A stretch of DNA of 64,000 nt from Deltaproteobacteria bacterium (GCA_023265625.1 JAHFST010000001.1:97265-161264); one strand, 5' to 3'. Counted from the stretch's first letter, positions 8,816 to 18,134 are shown. Notes: generated from the sequence alone by a model not told the origin. Made by a program: numbers and translations.

Positions 8816-9783
8816 GTTTTCTTAGCCGGTTTTCCAAAAGGGAAGTGGTGGGGATGGATCTCGGCGAAGCGTCGGTAAAGTTTGTTTTTTTGCATAAAGG
8901 CGAGGATGGCAGCATTCGGCTGAAGAGAAAGTTGTGTTACCGCCATCCCATCTTGCCCGAGGCCAAAAAATGGGAGGCCTTCAAGATATTTCTGCGGCAA
9001 GAAAAGTTGGATCATATCGCGATGGCCACGAATGTGGAGCATTCGAGTTTGCGGATTCGCAAGGTTGACCTTCCCAAAATGGATGCCAAGGACTTGCGGG
9101 ATGCGTTGGCTTGGAAGATGCGGGAATTCTTGGAGGGGCCGGTGGAAGGCCATGTTATTCGTTACTCGCCATTAGAGGAGTATGCCGCCGGGGAGGCCAA
9201 GAAGGTTTCACTCATCGCCTTTGCGATTCAAAGAAAGGTCGTGGAGGATCGTGTTGATTTTTTAAAAAAACTGGGGTTGAGACCCCTGGTGGTGGAGCCG
9301 ACCGCCGTGTCGACGACCGCCGCGCTGCAATTTGTCGCGCGCCCCGAAGAGGGGAAGCTGTGCGCCCTGTTGGATCTCGGTCAGGCCAAGACGAGGCTGA
9401 TTGTGGTGAATAGGAATAAGTTGCTCTTTTCACGGCCTTTCCCCAACTTTTCCCTCTCGGATATTTTTCGACTGTGTAAAATTGAATCGCCCACCGATGC
9501 CCCGGAGCAGAATAAGATCCTGCTTTATGAGGTCTATACTCAGATCGCCGTTGAGATACAACGTTCGTTGGATAATTTTTCCCTCCTATTTGGCAACCAT
9601 CACATTAATAATCTTTATCTTTGCGGTGGCGGCGCGGAATTACCGCAATTTGCGCAACACCTGACAAACAGCCTGGGATTGAAGTCCGAAATTATTAACC
9701 CCCTGAGTCACTGGAAGTTGCCGCCGGAGCAGGGTCACCTTTACATGGCGGCGCTGGGATTGGCGCTCTACGCTTATGGTTGA
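8812..9783 (+). CDS. pilM: PilM (actin-like pilus assembly protein)
   Basis: ATGA overlap with the upstream gene. PilM-like N-terminus VVGMDLGEASVKFVFL. Sits first in a PilM-N-O-Q gene order. Confidence 0.75.
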   Translation: MSFLSRFSKREVVGMDLGEASVKFVFLHKGEDGSIRLKRKLCYRHPILPEAKKWEAFKIFLRQEKLDHIAMATNVEHSSLRIRKVDLPKMDAKDLRDALAWKMREFLEGPVEGHVIRYSPLEEYAAGEAKKVSLIAFAIQRKVVEDRVDFLKKLGLRPLVVEPTAVSTTAALQFVARPEEGKLCALLDLGQAKTRLIVVNRNKLLFSRPFPNFSLSDIFRLCKIESPTDAPEQNKILLYEVYTQIAVEIQRSLDNFSLLFGNHHINNLYLCGGGAELPQFAQHLTNSLGLKSEIINPLSHWKLPPEQGHLYMAALGLALYAYG

Positions 9784-10336
9784 AAGAATTAATTTTATCG
9801 AGAGACGGCCGTTTACGATCAATTATCGGATTGTCGGATTGCTCTTTACCGGGGTACTGGTGTTGCAGTCGGTGGTTTATGGATATCAAGCCACACGGAT
9901 CCATTGGCTTGAGGAAAAACACGCCGTTCTCACAGTTGAGTTGTCGGAGTTGAGAGAACAACAGCAAAAAATGTTGGCGGTGCAGGCCCCTCAACCAGTG
10001 AGCAATGGCTCAGAACAGGCGCAGTTGATTAAGGCCCTGGAAGCGTCTCCTGTTTGGTCAAAATTGTTGGGGCGGGTGGTTCAAGTGATGCCTGCCAACC
10101 TCTGGCTTACCAAGATAAAAACACACAATAAGGATGAAAAATCTGAGGCCAACGCCTTTCTGATTGAAGGTAAGGCTCGCGAGCCCGAGCTGGTCGCTTT
10201 TTTTGTGCAACGGTTGGTGCAGAGTGGGTTTTTTTCTCATGTCTTGCTCACCTCATCAATCTTGGATAAGCCCGGTGTGGGGGCGGTATTTAACTTTTCC
10301 ATTAATGCCGATGTGTCCCCCGGAGGTTCGTTCTAA
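9776..10336 (+). CDS. pilN: PilN
   Basis: Single TM segment plus coiled coil. 8-nt overlap with pilM. Confidence 0.65.
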   Translation: MVERINFIERRPFTINYRIVGLLFTGVLVLQSVVYGYQATRIHWLEEKHAVLTVELSELREQQQKMLAVQAPQPVSNGSEQAQLIKALEASPVWSKLLGRVVQVMPANLWLTKIKTHNKDEKSEANAFLIEGKAREPELVAFFVQRLVQSGFFSHVLLTSSILDKPGVGAVFNFSINADVSPGGSF

Positions 10337-10929
10337 TGGGATTCGATTTTCGCAAAGATGTCATCCCGCGGGAGCAAGCTTTATTTGGGCTGTTGCTCAT
10401 CGCGGTAATTGTGCTTTTTCTCCGGATGGTTTATACCCCCAATGCGGTACGGTTGATTGACCTCAAACAAAGGGTTGCCAATTTGCAAATGGAAAAAGCG
10501 GCGCTGGAAAAGTTTCAATTGTCAACGCCCAAGATTAGGCCGAGTGTCGTCCCCACCAAAAATATTCAGGCGAGGGTTTTGTCGGGGGATATTCTGTCAG
10601 AGTTTCATGATGTGAGTGCCCTGTTGTCCAAAGTGACCGAGCCGTCGTTTCGGGGTGATTTAACGGTGGGAAGTTTCAACTACCAGGCTCCTGTTGTGAC
10701 AGAATCGCCGATCCAGACGGTTGATTTTATGCTGAAGCCTCATGGAAGGTTCTCCAGTCTTTTGGAATACCTCCAAAGACTCGAGCAGTTTCCGGCGGTT
10801 TTCAAGATTAAAGATATCTCGTTAGAAATGAATCGGACCGATCACCAGATTTTGGGGGAGATAGGCGGCCGTTTTTTTGAGATACATCCAGTCGTGAAAG
10901 GGAGCGGGATTTCTCCGGCAAAGAAATGA
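10336..10929 (+). CDS. pilO: PilO
   Basis: TM segment plus coiled coil. 1-nt overlap (TAATG) with the upstream gene. Confidence 0.6.
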   Translation: MGFDFRKDVIPREQALFGLLLIAVIVLFLRMVYTPNAVRLIDLKQRVANLQMEKAALEKFQLSTPKIRPSVVPTKNIQARVLSGDILSEFHDVSALLSKVTEPSFRGDLTVGSFNYQAPVVTESPIQTVDFMLKPHGRFSSLLEYLQRLEQFPAVFKIKDISLEMNRTDHQILGEIGGRFFEIHPVVKGSGISPAKK

Positions 10930-12500
10930 CCATAAAATCTTACCGGGTTTTTTTAGGGTGTTTCTTGAGCTGTTTGCTGCCCTTGGTGGCGGCGGCGGTG
11001 CCTGTTTCGGATTTGGCGACGGAAGACTTTGACAAGGGCCCGGCGGCCTTGGCTCCCGGGACCCGCGATCCATTTGCCCAATCTCCCCTGGGGAAAGAGG
11101 TCGATATTCGTTCCTTGCATGTCCAAGGACTCATTATCGGGGGCAAGCTGAAGATGGCCCTGTTGTCCGGCCGGATTGTCCGGGAGGGGGATTCTTTAGG
11201 ATCTTATCTTGTGAAGGAGGTTAAAGAAGACCATGTGACCCTAGCTTCGGGTGACCAGCTTTATAATCTTACGGTGGATAATTATCTCCCCGCTGCGCCC
11301 AGATTGGCGGGGAACGGATATCTGGTGGAATTTAACGAGGCGGGTATCCGGGAGAGTTTGACTATGCTTGCCAAGGCTTCGGGAATTAACTTGATGCTCC
11401 CCAATGACTTGAGCGGGGCGGTGAGCGTCAGTTTTCGGAATGCCGATTTGTTGTCCACATTGCACTCAATCCTTCAGGCCAACGGATTTAGTTACAAGAA
11501 TAACAACGGGATCTATCTGATGGGCAAACCGGAGGATTTTGTCGGGGGTTCGGACCTGAAGACGCGCATTTTTAAATTGGAGTATGCCCCTGCCAGGGAT
11601 CTGGCGGATCGGGTCAAGAAGATCATGTCCGAAAAGGGCAATGCGATTGCGGATGAGCGATCCAATGTCTTGACGGTGCGCGACTATGAGCCCGTGATTG
11701 AAGACATCGAAAAATTGGTGGCGATGGTGGATAAGCGCGACCTGCAGGTTCATATTGAGGGTCGGATCATTGATGCCACCGAGACCTTTGCGCGCGCCTT
11801 GGGGGTTCAGTGGGGCATCTCGGATTCGACGGGAACCTTTCGGGCTTCCGGCACCACGGAAGTGGGGACCAACTCTAACAGCGGTAACCCATTTAACGTC
11901 AATCTGGGGGCGGCGACCCCGACGAGCGGTATTAGCATGATTTTGGGGCGATTTGCCAGCGGTCTTCAGGTGGAGAATAAACTCTCGGCGGCCGAACAAC
12001 ATGGAGATATCAAGATTATCTCCCGCCCCTCCATCACGACCGTTAACAATGTGCCCGCCAAAATACGGAGTGGGGCCAAAATTTATGTTAAATCGACTTC
12101 GAGCATTTCGGTGGGGACTTCGAGCGCCAGTTCCAGTACTTCCCAGTCGGGGCTCCAGGAGATTGACACGGGCATCGACTTGACCGTGACCCCGCAGATC
12201 TCCTCGGATGATATGATTCGGCTTAAAATTGAGGCGAAGGAGAGTGAGCCGGATTTTTCCAAGACGGTGGATGGTATCCCCTCGGTGCTGGATAACTCGG
12301 CGGACACCGTGGTGTTGTTGGTGGATGATGAGACCGTCGTGATCGGTGGACTCTACAAGGTGACCAATAACCTTTCAAAAGGCAGGGTGCCCGGTATCAG
12401 TCGTGTGCCTGTCTTAGGAAACCTGTTCAAGAACAAGAGCAAGACTAAGGAAAATCGCGAATTGTTGATTTTTATCACCCCCAAACTGATCAAGATGTGA
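10926..12500 (+). CDS. pilQ: Secretin PilQ/GspD (short form, no AMIN domains)
   Basis: Signal peptide. C-terminal secretin signature VPVLGNLFKNKSKTKENRELLIFITPKLI. ATGA-coupled to the upstream gene. Confidence 0.85.
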   Translation: MTIKSYRVFLGCFLSCLLPLVAAAVPVSDLATEDFDKGPAALAPGTRDPFAQSPLGKEVDIRSLHVQGLIIGGKLKMALLSGRIVREGDSLGSYLVKEVKEDHVTLASGDQLYNLTVDNYLPAAPRLAGNGYLVEFNEAGIRESLTMLAKASGINLMLPNDLSGAVSVSFRNADLLSTLHSILQANGFSYKNNNGIYLMGKPEDFVGGSDLKTRIFKLEYAPARDLADRVKKIMSEKGNAIADERSNVLTVRDYEPVIEDIEKLVAMVDKRDLQVHIEGRIIDATETFARALGVQWGISDSTGTFRASGTTEVGTNSNSGNPFNVNLGAATPTSGISMILGRFASGLQVENKLSAAEQHGDIKIISRPSITTVNNVPAKIRSGAKIYVKSTSSISVGTSSASSSTSQSGLQEIDTGIDLTVTPQISSDDMIRLKIEAKESEPDFSKTVDGIPSVLDNSADTVVLLVDDETVVIGGLYKVTNNLSKGRVPGISRVPVLGNLFKNKSKTKENRELLIFITPKLIKM

Positions 12501-14452
12501 CCTTCGTGATGTTATTCCGAATTTTTGCCATTCTTTTGATTCTGCTGCCAGTTGTTGGAGAAGCTAAAACCGACCCGTCGGGTTTTTCCCGCGGGTTTCG
12601 CAGTTTTCAGGTGGAGGAATATCAAAACGCGGTCGGTGAATTAAGCAAACTGCGACACGATAATTTTCTCCTGCAAGATTATACTCTTTATGCCCTTGGG
12701 GAATCGTTGTCAGAGCTGGGGCGTTGCGCTGAGGCCGTCCCGGTTTTGCAAAAGGTTGTGGATCAATATCCTGACAGTATTTGGGTGAAAAAAGCCGCCA
12801 GTGCCTTGCTTCACGCCCTGATTTGCGAAGGAGATAAGGACAAGTTGACGGGAATTGCCGAGGGGGACCGGATGCATGGGGTCTCGGATACCGATCAGGC
12901 GACCTTTTTTTTAGAACGGGCCAAGCTCCTCATCACCGATGGCAAGATGCAAGAGGCCAGCCGAGATCTCAGCAGGGTCATCGAGAATTATCCGGGCAGT
13001 CAGGCGGTTCGTGAATCCTTGGCCTTGATGAAAGCAAGGGGATTGGTTCGGGGGGGGGATGAATGGGAGAAGATAGCCGAGACGTTGTTGAAGGCGGACA
13101 ACTGTCGCATGGCCGAGCAGTCTTTGACGGAGATTGATAAGTTGTCGGCCTTGTCCTATGCGCGCAAGGAGGCTTTGGCCGATTGCTATTTTTCCAAAAG
13201 AAACTACGCGGAGGCCAAGGAGATTTATCAGAAATTGTGTCGGGGCTCCGATGCGGATGCGGCGTGTTTGGGCCGTCTTTCGCAAGCGGCGGCACGTTCC
13301 GATGATGTGGCCTTGGCGGTTCACAGTAATGAACAACTCATAAAACTCTTTCCCCGCGCCCCTCAGGCCAAGAAGGCCCTTGCAAAGATCGCTTTTCTTT
13401 ACGAGGACTCCCATCAATATGCCAAGGCCTTACCTGTCTTGAAGCAGCTTTTGCAGCGCGAAAAAGGACAACAGCAGCGAGAGAAATTGTTGGAGAGCCT
13501 GTCTTGGGTGGATTACCGCCTGGGTAAATTTCAGGAGGCCTTGCAAGTCTTGGAACAAGGCGAGGCGTCCAGCTCGGACGGATTTTTTCCCTATTGGCGC
13601 GGGCGCATTTTGGAGAAGTTAGGTCGCAAGAAACCAGCTCAAGCGGTTTATGACCAGCTCATGGAAGATCATCCCGGCACCTATTACGCGATCCGGGCCG
13701 CCGAACACAGGGCCAAGGGGGGCATGTCCGCGACCTATGCCCGTTGGTGGTCGCCTCTGGGCAAACCCCAATGGATCAAGGAGGTGCAAGATATTCCGCA
13801 TAAATCGGATGCCTTAAAAAAGGCTCAACTGTTAATGACCTTGGGGTTTGATGATAAAGCCGCTGCCGAGTTGCGGCGTTTCCGCGCGGAGTGCCGTCGA
13901 TGTGAATTGTATGATGCGACGGCGCTGCCTGATTTTACCAAGCACGGGGTTTATTATCGCCGATCCGTGGGCCGGCAGGATGCCAAATTTCCGCTCCCCT
14001 GGGCCGATGTGCTGTTGCCGGCCGCCGAGGCGTCGCATCTCGATCCCTATCTCGCCTATGCGATCATGCGTCAGGAGAGCCGCTTCAATGTGAGGGCGAA
14101 TTCCAGCGCGGGCGCCAAGGGATTGATGCAACTCATGCCTTTCACTGCCAAGCGCATTGCTGAACAGGCCGATTGGAGCGAATTTGATCCGGAGCAGGTC
14201 TTCGATCCGGAGGTCAATATCCGTCTCAGTTTGGAGTATCTCAAGGTTCTCCACGGTTATTTCACCGACCCACTGTACTCCGTGGCCTCCTACAACGCCG
14301 GCGAAGAGGCCGTCAAACGCTGGGCCAAGACCCGCGGGGAGATGCCGATCGAAGAGTTCATCGAAGAGATCCCCTACGCCGAGACGCGGGACTACGTGAA
14401 AAAAGTCTATGCCAACTGGCAGGCGTATCGGTTTATTTATTCGGGGAGGTAG
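12497..14452 (+). CDS. slt: Soluble lytic murein transglycosylase (Slt family) with a superhelical TPR-like N-domain
   Basis: SLT motifs MRQESRFN...GLMQLMP...YNAGEEAV. GTG at 12497 overlaps the pilQ stop. An alternative ATG lies at 12506. Confidence 0.8.
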   Translation: MTFVMLFRIFAILLILLPVVGEAKTDPSGFSRGFRSFQVEEYQNAVGELSKLRHDNFLLQDYTLYALGESLSELGRCAEAVPVLQKVVDQYPDSIWVKKAASALLHALICEGDKDKLTGIAEGDRMHGVSDTDQATFFLERAKLLITDGKMQEASRDLSRVIENYPGSQAVRESLALMKARGLVRGGDEWEKIAETLLKADNCRMAEQSLTEIDKLSALSYARKEALADCYFSKRNYAEAKEIYQKLCRGSDADAACLGRLSQAAARSDDVALAVHSNEQLIKLFPRAPQAKKALAKIAFLYEDSHQYAKALPVLKQLLQREKGQQQREKLLESLSWVDYRLGKFQEALQVLEQGEASSSDGFFPYWRGRILEKLGRKKPAQAVYDQLMEDHPGTYYAIRAAEHRAKGGMSATYARWWSPLGKPQWIKEVQDIPHKSDALKKAQLLMTLGFDDKAAAELRRFRAECRRCELYDATALPDFTKHGVYYRRSVGRQDAKFPLPWADVLLPAAEASHLDPYLAYAIMRQESRFNVRANSSAGAKGLMQLMPFTAKRIAEQADWSEFDPEQVFDPEVNIRLSLEYLKVLHGYFTDPLYSVASYNAGEEAVKRWAKTRGEMPIEEFIEEIPYAETRDYVKKVYANWQAYRFIYSGR

Positions 14453-14472
14453 GGGTTCAAAATTTTGAACCC
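14453..14472. terminator. Perfect 20-bp palindrome GGGTTCAAAATTTTGAACCC, lying exactly between the convergent slt and vapC stop codons
   Basis: The sequence is its own reverse complement. Confidence 0.5.
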
Positions 14473-14913
14473 TTAATCCTCAGGATGGATGATTTTAATC
14501 TCTGCGGCGCCGCTCAGTCGCAAAAAATCCCGTTCGTTCCAGGTCAATAGGGTAGAAATTTTTTCCCTGAGGCAGGCCTGTAAGATGAGGGAGTCGAAGA
14601 TTAAATTTCCCCGGAGGTTGCGATCGATGGTTCGTTGCAGCGCCTGATCGTAGTCGTGCGAGGAGATGTGGATGCGGCGGAATTCCCGCAAGTTTTCATC
14701 GATTAACTGGCCGGCGGTCGCGGGGAGGATGGCGGGGGTGAGGGGGAGGGTGGTCAGGACGGCGTAGGTCTCGGCGATGATTTGCGAGGAGATGACCCCC
14801 TGGATTTTTCCCTGCTGGGCTTCGGCCAGTTTTGTGCGTGAGGGCTGATGGTGCGGATGGGTTGCCACGCAGGCGGCGACCAGGACATTGGTATCGAAAA
14901 AGACCGGTTTCAT
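14473..14913 (-). CDS. vapC: PIN-domain toxin VapC
   Basis: MKPVFFDTNVLVAA PIN signature. Confidence 0.8.
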   Translation of the reverse strand: MKPVFFDTNVLVAACVATHPHHQPSRTKLAEAQQGKIQGVISSQIIAETYAVLTTLPLTPAILPATAGQLIDENLREFRRIHISSHDYDQALQRTIDRNLRGNLIFDSLILQACLREKISTLLTWNERDFLRLSGAAEIKIIHPED

Positions 14914-15189
14914 TTAGCGGCCCGTTTGAGATTGGGTGCGTGCGGCCCTGATCCGGCTAGTCCAGTCCTCTTCCGGCAAAGGATCGCCGCTAGTGACCAC
15001 CAGGACCCCGTCGCGTTTTTCCAAGGTCGGTGCCTCGGGGAGGGGGACGAGACGGATCTCCCCGTCCCGTTCATAGATCTCAAAACGGGTCCCAGGACTA
15101 AGCCCCATCAGGTCGCGGATCGGTTTTGGCAGGACCAGTCGTCCCGCCCGGTCGATCATGGTCTCGAGTTCAATCGCTTCTTTGGCCAT
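14914..15189 (-). CDS. vapB: AbrB/SpoVT-type antitoxin VapB
   Basis: GRLVLPKPIRDLMGL swapped-hairpin motif. Its stop directly abuts the vapC ATG. Confidence 0.7.
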   Translation of the reverse strand: MAKEAIELETMIDRAGRLVLPKPIRDLMGLSPGTRFEIYERDGEIRLVPLPEAPTLEKRDGVLVVTSGDPLPEEDWTSRIRAARTQSQTGR

Positions 15190-15209
15190 TTCAAAAGGGT
15201 AAGGGAGTT

Positions 15210-15257
15210 AATGGTATTTGTCAATGGTATTTATTATTACCATTTATAAATACCATT
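15210..15257. promoter_or_regulatory. Candidate vapBC operator: four copies of AATGGTA/TACCATT (two direct, two inverted, 13-nt spacing), overlapping a TATAAAT box
   Basis: Read directly from the sequence, immediately upstream of vapB. Confidence 0.45.
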
Positions 15258-15354
15258 GAGAGATATTTCCTTAAGATCGAAACAGATCACTATGACTTCC
15301 GGTTCGTTCAAAACGGACATGGTGATGTTCCTGGGTGTAGGTCAGAATCCCCCC

Positions 15355-16089
15355 TTAATCTGTATCTGGGGGTGATTTCGTTATGGATCCTTTTGAAGAG
15401 AAAAATAATGATGTATTTGCAACCCGGGCATCCGACTGTTCCCTAAGGAGAGCAGATAAATCTGGCATATGAAGAGTAGGCAGGAGGGGCACCTTGAACT
15501 GTATGATTCTGTAAGGATTCAGATCCTCCCGCCCCATCGCCTTGGCGAGTTTTGATTGTGCGCTTTCCTTGTTGAGATATGCAGTCACATGCCGGAAGTC
15601 ATCGCCAAAAGCGAAGGCATCTGTGCTGCCAACGGCAGCCGCGCCCATCCCCATCCCACCAGCAACACGACTAGCACTCCTTTTTGGGGTGATGGCAGCG
15701 GCACCTCCCAAAGGCCCTTGTGTCATGGCCTCGGCTGCCGCTAAGACCCCTTCGCCGGTGCGCAGGGCCATGATGACCAAGGCGATCTGATCGAGATGAT
15801 CCAAGACGACGAAGCATAGGGCCTGATTCTCATTTGTAGGTTTGATATCCAAAGACATTTGGGTGGCGAGGGGGTCGGCACGGAAACGGTCTAACGCGTC
15901 CTGATGGTCAGGACCCGTTCCGATATGGGTCAGGATGGCATAGGCCTGACGGATCAATTCGGTGGTGACGGCCCGTGTGGGGCTCGTTTCCGAAAGGGGT
16001 GCCATGCGCCCCTGGGCGCCCAAGATGGCCTCGACAAGCCCAGTTTGGGCCATCGCGAGAGGTGATAATCGTGAGGTCAGTGTGTTCAT
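15355..16089 (-). CDS. Hypothetical protein (244 aa), no confident family assignment
   Basis: Long ORF. The antisense ORFs look spurious. Confidence 0.4.
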   Translation of the reverse strand: MNTLTSRLSPLAMAQTGLVEAILGAQGRMAPLSETSPTRAVTTELIRQAYAILTHIGTGPDHQDALDRFRADPLATQMSLDIKPTNENQALCFVVLDHLDQIALVIMALRTGEGVLAAAEAMTQGPLGGAAAITPKRSASRVAGGMGMGAAAVGSTDAFAFGDDFRHVTAYLNKESAQSKLAKAMGREDLNPYRIIQFKVPLLPTLHMPDLSALLREQSDARVANTSLFFSSKGSITKSPPDTD

Positions 16090-16186
16090 AGTGGGCTCCC
16101 TAGTTTCAATAATTGTCTTCTTACATCCTTGTCTGTTATCGGCAGTGGGACAAAAAAGTTGTGTGTTTTTTTGGGTTTTTTTCGAG

Positions 16187-16729
16187 TCACCTTAAAAACG
16201 GATTGTTAGTCCGCTCAAACCCGATCGTAGTCTTGGGGCCGTGGCCGGGGATGACGATGACCTCGTCGCCCAGCGGGAGGTACTTTTTTTTGATCGAGGC
16301 GATCTCCTGGTCGTAGTCCCCCTGCCAGAGGTCGGTGCGGCCGATGCTGCCGGAGAACAGGGTGTCGCCGGGGAACAGGGTGCCGGGGCCTTGGAGTTTG
16401 GGGAAGAAGAAGCCGCAGGAGCCGGGGGTGTGGCCGGGGGAGTGAATCACTTGTCCCTCCAGGGAGCCGGCTTGCAGGGCGTAGCCGTCGACTAAAAATT
16501 CATCGACGGGGACGGGCTGTTGCACTTTGAAGGATGGGATCCTTAAAAATTGGGCCTGGAGGGGCATGTTTTCGTAGAGAAAGAGGTCATCCTTGTGCAG
16601 CATGACCCGGCCATTGGTGGCTTTTTGCAGGGCCGTCGTACTCCCAATGTGGTCGATGTGGGTGTGGGTGTGGACAATGGATTTGACCGTGAGGCCATGC
16701 AAGGTGAGGCGCTTGACGATCTTTTCCAC
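16187..16729 (-). CDS. MBL-fold metallo-hydrolase (GloB-like). The N-terminal ~39 conserved codons continue in frame to ~16846 with no canonical start codon.
   Basis: HTHTHIDH and GHTPGS motifs. The in-frame upstream peptide IIEIFPVGSFQCNCIILGD...VIDPGDD is the canonical MBL N-terminus. Confidence 0.7.
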   Translation of the reverse strand: MEKIVKRLTLHGLTVKSIVHTHTHIDHIGSTTALQKATNGRVMLHKDDLFLYENMPLQAQFLRIPSFKVQQPVPVDEFLVDGYALQAGSLEGQVIHSPGHTPGSCGFFFPKLQGPGTLFPGDTLFSGSIGRTDLWQGDYDQEIASIKKKYLPLGDEVIVIPGHGPKTTIGFERTNNPFLR

Positions 16730-16929
16730 GTCGTCACCCGGGTCGATGACGATGGCCTCTTTGGTGATTGGGTCGCCGAGGATGATGCAATTACATTGGA
16801 AGGAACCGACTGGAAAAATTTCGATAATTTCGTTGATAACACCCCCTAACCCCCTCTTACTTTAAGAGGGGGAACCCAACTATCATTTTAACCCTTGATC
16901 TTACCACCCTTTTTTAGGATACCCGCCCC

Positions 16930-18114
16930 ATGCCATCGTATATTGATCCGGAAGGATTCGAGCCGGGACAGCTCCAGCGCAAGGGGTTTGGGCTCAAGGA
17001 CCAGATCCGGGACGATCTGACCCGGGATTATTACAGTAAGATCGTGGAGCAGATTATCGCCTCCGATTACGAGCATCATGATAAGGGAATTTCCTTTCAT
17101 TTGGCGAAGTCGTTCGGCTTTTGTTACGGTGTGGATCGGGCGGTTGACATGGCCTACGAGACGCACAAGCGTTTTCCCGACCGGAAGATTTATCTCACGG
17201 CAGAGATCATTCACAACCCGCGGGTCAGCGAAAATCTGGAAAAAATGGGGGTGGAGTTTTTGACTGATTACCAAAAGGTGCAGCGCGAGGATGTGGTCCT
17301 GCTCCCCGCCTTTGGGGCCACGATGGGACAGATCGAACGGTTGAGGGAGAAGGGCTGCCTCTTGGTGGACACCACCTGTGGCTCGGTTTTGAGTGTTTGG
17401 AAGCGGGTGGAGGGATACGCCGAGGACGGATTTACGTCCGTCATTCACGGAAAATATTACCACGAAGAGACCCAGGCCACGAGCTCCCGGGTGTTGGGCT
17501 ATCCGAAGGGAACTTATTTGGTGGTCCTGAATATGGACGAGACCCGCTATGTGTGTGATTACATCCGCCATGGCGGCGACCGGGAGGCCTTCCTGAAGAA
17601 GTTTTCCAAAGGGGTTTCCGCCGGTTTTAATCCCGATGAAGATTTGAAGAAGGTGGGGGTGGCCAATCAGACCACCATGTTGATGAGCGAGTCGTTGGCC
17701 ATCGCCGCAGAAATTAAAAAAGCCATGATCGACCGCTATGGGCAGCCTCATGTGGATGCCCATTTTCGTAACTTTGACACCATTTGCAGTGCCACCGAAG
17801 ATCGTCAGGTGGCGATGTTGGAATTAACCAAAAAACCGCTGGATATCATGATGGTTGTGGGGGGCTTCAACTCGAGCAACACCGCCAATCTCTCCGCGAT
17901 CGCCTCCAAGGCGGCCACGGCCTATCACATCTCCGATGTGAGCGACCTCATTTCCAATAGCCAGATCCGTCACAAGCCCGCCGGAAAATTTGATCCGATT
18001 GTCACCGATAATTGGCTCCCCGCTGGACCGCTCCAGATCGGTATCACCTCCGGGGCGTCGACCCCAAATCAGGTGTTGGGTGGGGTCATCGAGAGGATTT
18101 TGTCGTTCCGGTAG
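16930..18114 (+). CDS. ispH: 4-hydroxy-3-methylbut-2-enyl diphosphate reductase, long form with an N-terminal extension
   Basis: FGFCYGVDRAV ... HNP ... motifs. 394 aa. Confidence 0.8.
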   Translation: MPSYIDPEGFEPGQLQRKGFGLKDQIRDDLTRDYYSKIVEQIIASDYEHHDKGISFHLAKSFGFCYGVDRAVDMAYETHKRFPDRKIYLTAEIIHNPRVSENLEKMGVEFLTDYQKVQREDVVLLPAFGATMGQIERLREKGCLLVDTTCGSVLSVWKRVEGYAEDGFTSVIHGKYYHEETQATSSRVLGYPKGTYLVVLNMDETRYVCDYIRHGGDREAFLKKFSKGVSAGFNPDEDLKKVGVANQTTMLMSESLAIAAEIKKAMIDRYGQPHVDAHFRNFDTICSATEDRQVAMLELTKKPLDIMMVVGGFNSSNTANLSAIASKAATAYHISDVSDLISNSQIRHKPAGKFDPIVTDNWLPAGPLQIGITSGASTPNQVLGGVIERILSFR

Positions 18115-18134
18115 GGGCGCCATGAATGGCGCCC
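18115..18134. terminator. GC-rich hairpin GGGCGCCA-TGAA-TGGCGCCC between the convergent ispH and queA
   Basis: 8-bp stem with a tetraloop. No clear U-tract. Confidence 0.35.

Noticed and set aside
15542-15790. + strand ORFs antisense to the 15355..16089 hypothetical gene
   Set aside because: They are Ala/Pro-rich shadow frames. The longer minus-strand ORF is preferred, although its function is unknown.
16090-16186. T-rich stretch GTGTGTTTTTTTGGGTTTTTTT as a terminator
   Set aside because: No stable GC hairpin precedes it, and on the strand of the adjacent MBL gene it reads as an A-tract.
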